Shown piece after piece: positions 57,091-64,000 of a stretch of DNA of 64,000 nt. Both the position numbers and the translations under genes were made by a program. Source of the stretch: the human T2T-CHM13v2.0 reference genome, Homo sapiens; assembly GCF_009914755.1 (NCBI RefSeq), contig NC_060947.1; one strand, 5' to 3'. The notes under the pieces are model-generated. The model did no database searches. It was not told the origin of the DNA and saw only the letters and a program-made list of their open reading frames with translations. The stretch's first letter is position 1; each line of letters starts with the position of its first letter.

Positions 57091-57390
57091 TTTGTTTTGT
57101 TTTGAGAGGGATTCTCACTCTGTTGCCCAGGCTGGAGTGCAGTGGTGCGATCTCGGCTCACTGCAACCTCCCTCCACCTCTCGAGTTCAGGTCATTCTCC
57201 TGCCTCAGCCTCCTAAGTAGCTGAGATTACAGGCGCACACCACCATGCCCAGCTAATTTTTTGTATTTGTAGTAAAGACGGGGTTTCACCATATTGGCCA
57301 GGCTGGTCACGAATTCCTGACCTCAAGTGATCCACCCACCATGACCTCCCAAAGTGCTCGGATTAGAGGCATGAGCCACTGTGCCTGGGC
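57091..57390 (-). mobile_element. AluS
   Basis: Full dimer; TSD gataatgagt/gataatgact. Confidence 0.93.
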
Positions 57391-57954
57391 GATAATGACT
57401 TTCATTTATATTTTCCTTTATATTTCCCAGTATTTTTAGTCCCATGATGAAGAATGGAAGGGCTTCTCGCCCCTGAAATCTTTCAAGAATAAGACCTTAA
57501 GATGTATGTCCAAGGATCCAGAGAAAAAGCACAGGTGTAGGTCACTCAGGAAGTGGTTCCATGGGTCTGTCCATTTCCCAAGGCAATCTGGACTCACTTG
57601 TGGCTCTTTCTCCTCCAAGCTTTATATTTAATATGATATCTTGTCTGAGCAACTCCTTCAAAATGTGTCTTTTATTTTTCCCTTACTTTTTAACCTCACT
57701 TCTAAACAGTATCACTGGTTCTCATTAAAAACCTTAAGTGTTTCCATAACTCATCTTTCTGTGTTCAGTCTCCTTGGGGACCAAGACGAATCACGAACTG
57801 TACTGCCATCCCCTCATGTATGAACTCAAGTGGACTTAGTATGTGAGACTGGAACTTCTCGGCTTGACTTTCACAATTTATGTTTAATCAAGCTACCAAG
57901 CCATATTCTGCATTGCTTCCTCAAAGTAGTCACTCAGTCACACTCTCTCTGCTA

Positions 57955-58001
57955 TCTCTCTCTCTCTCTCTCTCTGTCACATACACACACACACACACAC
58001 C
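57955..58001 (+). repeat. (CT)n(CA)n compound microsatellite
   Basis: Directly visible. Confidence 0.9.
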
Positions 58002-58794
58002 ATGCAGATTCGGTCAATCGGTCTCCAACTGTTCCTTGTCAACAATGGCCCACGTGTCCTACTAGAGCTTCCGACTGGCTTGACTGACTTTGACCTTATT
58101 TGAGCACCTATCAAAAGGTTAAATATGCAATTCAAGTTAATTAATTAGCCTGTTGTCTAACAACAAAGAGAAATTAATAACCTATGAAAATTTAAATAAA
58201 GAAATTTGTAAGGTAGGAAATAGTTATAAAGACCCAAGCCTAAGTTTAGTAGATCATGATGCCAGTTTAAATGAAAAGACTCACCTTCAGCAAGACCTGA
58301 TTTATTTTAAAGGGAATTATAAAAAGTATTGTTTTCTACAGAAAAAAAATATATGTTTCATAAACTATTGTACTACGAAGAAATTTCCAACACTTTTCCT
58401 CATGCAAGTTAGTTCTTAAATGTAAGGATAAGTACGTATCTAAAATAGTCTATTTTTGTATTTTTAATATACCTACACATTTTATGAAAGTAGAAACATA
58501 GAAATTTGAGCCAATCTGATCAAGGCAGAAAGACAAAGCTAAACAAAAAAAGTAGATTTTTGCTGTTGTTATTGTTTAGATTTGTCTTTCTGGCTTTGTC
58601 AGACTGGTCAGAGTGGAATTTTGAATTCCAAATAATAATATTGCTCTCTCTCCTGCTAAATAAAAGCATTGATCTGAACTGAGATACTCCCTAAGAGAAG
58701 GCCTTTGGAGAGAATCAGCATGATGCCAACATTTCAATATGTTGTGGATGCGGAGTTCATTCATTTAGTGAATAATTAATAATTAAACATCTAA

Positions 58795-59112
<318 letters not shown>

Positions 59113-61293
59113 TGCACTGGTTCTTCGTTGATAGAGTTAAGAAAACAAGCAAGCAACCAAAAATAAAAACTCCTAACCCAATAGGCTGTGACTTGTGGAT
59201 GGTACAAACATGCAGGGCTGTAGCTTTGAACTCTCACCAGCAAAATTCTAAAGTTTACACATCGTGGGGAGATCGATTCTACCTTTTCAGTCACTATTAG
59301 ATTTCTGATTCCCTTGTCAAGATCATATGCACATATTGCTTCAAAAAGCCTAAAGATCTAAACAAGTGGAACTGGGTTTATTATGAAGTTTGGATTACTT
59401 TTTCACTGAATAGCATTTTTCACATATTTACATTCCTCAAATTTTAATTCAATACCGAATTGCAATGAAACGGCCACACCGTTTGTGGTCTCCATCCACA
59501 CAATTGTACATACAGGGCTCTGCAGTCAGGGAGGCTATTGATTCTTTTTCATGGGTGGTCTCATTCTGTCCAACTCCTATATGAGGAGGCCTTCTATTTG
59601 AAGTGCATTCATTGTTGCCAAGGCTAGCTCTACAAAATCACCAGACTCTAGCACATCCAAAGTATTATGAAAGCAATTTTAACCCTTTGTCCTGTTTGGG
59701 GGGTTTTCTCCCCATTTTTGTCTTCCTTTCTTTTTGGTTTTTGTTTGAATAGTTCATTATGAGAAAGATCTCAACCCAGGTGGCTGCTCAAATGAGAACC
59801 CTAATTGCTTTTGAGAGCTCTTATTCATCTCACACACACACACAAAGAGGGACTGTTAGGCACGGAGACAGCTCAGAACACCCCATGGAAGTACAGCGTC
59901 CAAATGTCAGTTTAACTCCTTGAATCACATTCAGACCTGGACTTTATGAGATAATTGAGAGGTCTGTCACCATAACGACAAGGGCAATATGCCAGAAACC
60001 ACTAATATAATGAAGCAGAATCCTTTAATTTCTTTCTCTGGGCTGTTCTTTGTAATCTCAATGACAATTTGTAACCTCAGTGACACACAACCCTGGTATG
60101 GTTTTTCATGACACTCTACTTAAACTATCTGGCATTTATATGGAGAAAGAGTAATCTGATAGATGCAAAACAATTTTGGAGATCAGTGGATTAACGTCGT
60201 TGTTGATTTACTATTTTCAGCCAAATCTTACTGAAAAATGTTTTCCAGGGATTGAAGTTTAAAAAAAAAAAAAAAGAAGAAGAAGAAATTTCTCCATAAA
60301 AGAAATTTATCACACTTTCCACGAAGAACTTTATACAAAGGACACACTCTAGTTTCTACATTAGATACATCTATCATTCCCACAAATTAACTTCCTTTCT
60401 TTCCAGGTATATTTTATTCTCTGTTGTTCTTTCTCCTCATCTAAAAACGGCATATGGAAATGCTAACTGGGAAATGTGATACCATTATGGCATACTTTAG
60501 TCTGGTTATTCTTCCAAGGAAATCTGAATTTGAAATCTATACAGACATAAAACTATTCATGTTTTACTAACATTAGGTTAATATATTAAACGTTATTGTG
60601 TCTACAGACTTTCATTGTTGTTTTATATAAAAAAGGAAATTTTTAAAAATACAAACGCATTCATCTCTAATGTAGCTAGAATCATCTGATTACATTTTGC
60701 CACTTGATTGCAGCGAATATTGGAAGAAAAGAACATCCAAATTTACGTTAAGAAAACCGATTCTAAACAATGAAATCCAACCATTGTATGAACTATCCCC
60801 TACTTGTATATTAAAAACAATCAAGTTTTTCTTTGAAAACTCAAAAAAGGTGCTAATATCTTAAGTCATTAAGGCAGAAAGAACCATTTTCTCTATCTTT
60901 CAGTTTGCAAACTGGAGCATAATAGTGTACTTAATTCTATTATTTTTCTATAGATTCATTCCTTTACAGATGATTCAGGTATAACATGCAACATTATATG
61001 CTCATATTTATTTTCATCTGCAAATAAGCATTATAAAAAGTTAAGAAGGCAATATATGAAAATAATTAAAGTTATTATTTATAGTTTTGTCCAGTCAGTA
61101 GATGGCCCAATACATACAAGTGGAACATGTGGTAAGTTGCTGCAAGAATTGCATTTGGAATATGAAAAATAAATTAAAATAAAATAAACGGGTTATAGAA
61201 GAGATCATGCATGAGACATTATAAAACCCTCCTAGCAAATCTCTCTACACACTGCACAAGAGGTATTGTTTTCTGTTCCAGTGAGGTACTCAC

Positions 61294-61765
61294 CATCTTC
61301 CGTGGGCACGTAGATGTTTAAGTAAAGGCAGTCTTCATTTTGATCTTGAACATAGGTCATCAAAGTATCCAAATTGGCGGTAAACCAGATGGGCAGCATG
61401 TCATGCAGTAAGGATCTCTCATCCAGGTGCTGGGGGCACACAGCAGCAAACTGAGTAGTATTTCGGATGCCAGTCCAGGAGGACGGGGGTTCTGGGGGCT
61501 GAAACCGCCTCTCTCCAGTGGGGGGTGAGGCATAGGGGACCCCTAAGTACTGCTCCACTGGACCCAAGATCTCATTGGGTAACGGTGTTCTTAGGCCCCG
61601 GATTTTGCCATAATTTGTGTTGACAACTGGATACTGTGCTTGGCTGTCAATGAGGGTGAACTTGATGGCAAGAGCAGTTAACCACAGGAGGACATTGGAG
61701 TTTAACATGACGCAGACCGGGGTGAACAACAAAGGAAGCCATAGCAGTCCCTGGGGCCGTGACAT
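61294..61765 (-). CDS. NLGN4X: Neuroligin-4, X-linked, first coding exon (aa 1-157 + 1 nt; signal peptide and N-terminal part of the cholinesterase-like domain)
   Basis: Translation [20 protein letters not shown]...[40 protein letters not shown]...[14 protein letters not shown] matches neuroligin-4X, with carboxylesterase-family motifs ([16 protein letters not shown]). ACC-ATG start at 61765; phase-1 donor G|GTGAGT (plus strand ACTCAC at 61288-61293). S2, P16 and P93 distinguish it from NLGN4Y. Confidence 0.97.
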
Positions 61766-61768
61766 GGT

Positions 61769-61786
61769 TCAAATCTGCATCCACAT
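61769..61786 (-). promoter_or_regulatory. Short uORF MWMQI*, ending 3 nt before the main ATG
   Basis: Minus strand reads ATG TGG ATG CAG ATT TGA ACC ATG. Confidence 0.7.
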
Positions 61787-61915
61787 CCACAGCTGTCCCA
61801 GTGATGTGGCTCCAAGGAGACAAAGCCCAGAGGCGAGCCTGCAGAGAGATAGGGCTTTCCAGGGAGCAGTAGACCTGGGAGAGACTCTCAGACTGATCAC
61901 AGACAGAGCCTGAGG

Positions 61916-62026
61916 TTAAGAACAAGCACAGCCGTTTTCTTGGCAGCCCATTGCAAGGAGGCAGCCCTCCCTTAATCCTGAAACTGGATTCCAGCAACTG
62001 CAATGCTCCAAGGAAGCTGTGATCAT
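61916..62026 (-). promoter_or_regulatory. uORF, 36 codons (MITASLEHCSCWNPVSGLREGCLLAMGCQENGCACS*), with an internal strong-context ATG at 61951
   Basis: C-terminal part of track ORF 61916..62182 that lies inside the exon; gcaATGg context at 61951. Confidence 0.6.
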
Positions 62027-62245
62027 CCAACACCTCCAGGGACAATTTCTTATGAAAACTCCAAGGCAGCCTAAAAGAGGAAGAAAGCAGACAAGAATAA
62101 TGAAGCCACACAACGACCACCTAGAACACTGGCTGGCTCTTCCACGAAATCCACAACATCTCTCTATGAAATTCCTATTCATTTGTATAGAAATGTGTAT
62201 AGTGCCATCTCCACATAGTAGGCAACAGCAAGAACATCACCTGTC

Positions 62246-62535
<290 letters not shown>

Positions 62536-62899
62536 AGCCACCACTTGTCTTAATTCCTCTGTACATCCTATCACCATGAACAATGCCTGACATTTAGAAA
62601 ACACTAAACAAATCTGTGTTGAATGATCAAACAGATGTTCAAGAGTTATACAGGTTATGCAGATTATAGTAACAACACCTCCCAGTTTTGCTATTGTTTA
62701 CCAGACTGGTTATCAATACATGGGTACTTCCAAAACACTGTTTCTCAAATGTTTAAGGAAATTGTCACATTTTCCTAAGGAGACATGCATGGAGCTCTAA
62801 AAGTTTTCCAGTAGGAGAAAGATGGAAGCATGCATCCAAGTCAATCTGGCATCATGATGTGGATATTTATCAGGCCACAAAGGGAACATCATCAAATGA

Positions 62900-63030
62900 A
62901 AAGAGTGTAGACTTTGGACACAAATTCTCCTTGGTCTGGTCAAGTGCATATATATTTAGGCTACACACTTCACTGCTCTGAATCTCAGTTTCCTTGTAAA
63001 ACACTATACAAGATGGTGCATTTCAAGTAC
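62900..63030 (+). mobile_element. MIR fragment
   Basis: cacttcactgctctgaatctcagtttccttgtaaa. Confidence 0.55.
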
Positions 63031-64000
63031 ATGCTGTAGTGCTAGTTTCTTGAAGACTTCATTCATAATTAAAAGTGTTGATACAATTATCCTGACTTTC
63101 CAGTAAGCCACTGCATGCCTTAGAGGGTATCCTCTTCACCCTTCAGCCCATTTAAAAAGCTGAGGCTGCATTTGAGTTACTTTCCCATTGAGCCTGGAGT
63201 CAACTTTTAAAGGGTCACCACCTCAATTTGTCTTTACATAGATAATATAACTATCCCTACATAAGTCGCTGCTCCTGTGACAATAAAAGAATGCTGTGCA
63301 GGAATGGACATTATGTTGTTAAATGATCCCCTAGGAACAGAAAATATTTCACTAGGTGTTGCAAGGAGGGTGCCTTTAGCATGTTCTTCAACTCAAAATA
63401 TACAAATGTGTTTCTAAGGATTTTGTGGGTTATTCAGAGCATCTGCATCAGAAAATAATTATCCATTTCATTTAAGTAATCAGTTGAACAGAATACATCA
63501 CATGGCTTTTTTTTTTTAAATAAAACATATTGGAGCTGGATCTATCACAGAACAATAATACAATGGGGGGAAATTCCATAGTACATGACATCCTGGGAAA
63601 AGTTCACCAGAGTTGGATGAAAACGCACTGAAAATCTGGATTATAACTTTGAAAGTGACAAATAGCATCTCACCAATGACTGATTTAGGTGTTTGCTTCT
63701 ATCTCTGAATTCTACTGTAGACAACATTTGGATGTCTGCCATACAGCAATCCCATTTCTGAATAATTAAGAGACAGACAAGAAAAACAAAGAGGTGATGT
63801 CCTGTTTGGTTGCTTCTTTCCTGAAAGATTTTTAACCAGAGGTAGCTGTTACTTTCAGCCTGGGGGCCAAAACCACTCTCAAATATTTAAAAGCTACTTG
63901 GGACTAAATGAGATAGTATGTATCCTCAAGGTATTGCACATTCCCTGAAACACAGAGCTCAATAAATGTAGAATTCAGTGGGTGGACTTCTTCCAAGGTA

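Larger units (their letters stand above)
61766..62070 (-). other. NLGN4X: 5'UTR part of the NLGN4X first coding exon
   Basis: Strong acceptor on the minus strand, ttattcttgtctgctttcttcctcttttag|gctgcc (AG at 62072-62071), giving 305 nt of UTR and a 777-nt exon. Confidence 0.88.

Noticed and set aside
61647-62120. 157-aa alternative-frame ORF overlapping the exon
   Set aside because: Its start is a non-ATG codon in the intron, upstream of the acceptor, and there is no AUG in this frame within the 5'UTR.

Overview
Human (or very closely related ape) genomic DNA from inside NLGN4X (neuroligin-4, X-linked; Xp22.3), transcribed on the minus strand. The only protein-coding sequence is the first coding exon (62070..61294). 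It has a clear acceptor, 305 nt of 5'UTR and 472 coding nt (residues 1-157 plus 1 nt), and ends in a GTGAGT donor. The residues are X-type (S2, P16, P93), not NLGN4Y-type. Positions 1-61293 are the long downstream intron: about 24 Alu elements or fragments, old L1/L2/MIR, MaLR and ERV LTRs, hAT DNA transposons and microsatellites. All other ORFs in the track are repeat or low-complexity artefacts. I see no new gene system. The most interesting signals are: uORFs and alternative acceptors in the 5'UTR; a sense-oriented MER9 solo LTR with an apparently inactivated poly(A) signal; a 4x38-bp minisatellite born inside one Alu of a tight inverted pair; a templated insertion in an Alu that preserves a nearby pre-insertion site; a cluster of MER20 elements; and a short interstitial telomeric/G4 repeat. 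Repeat subfamily names come from recalled consensus sequences, and repeat boundaries are approximate.
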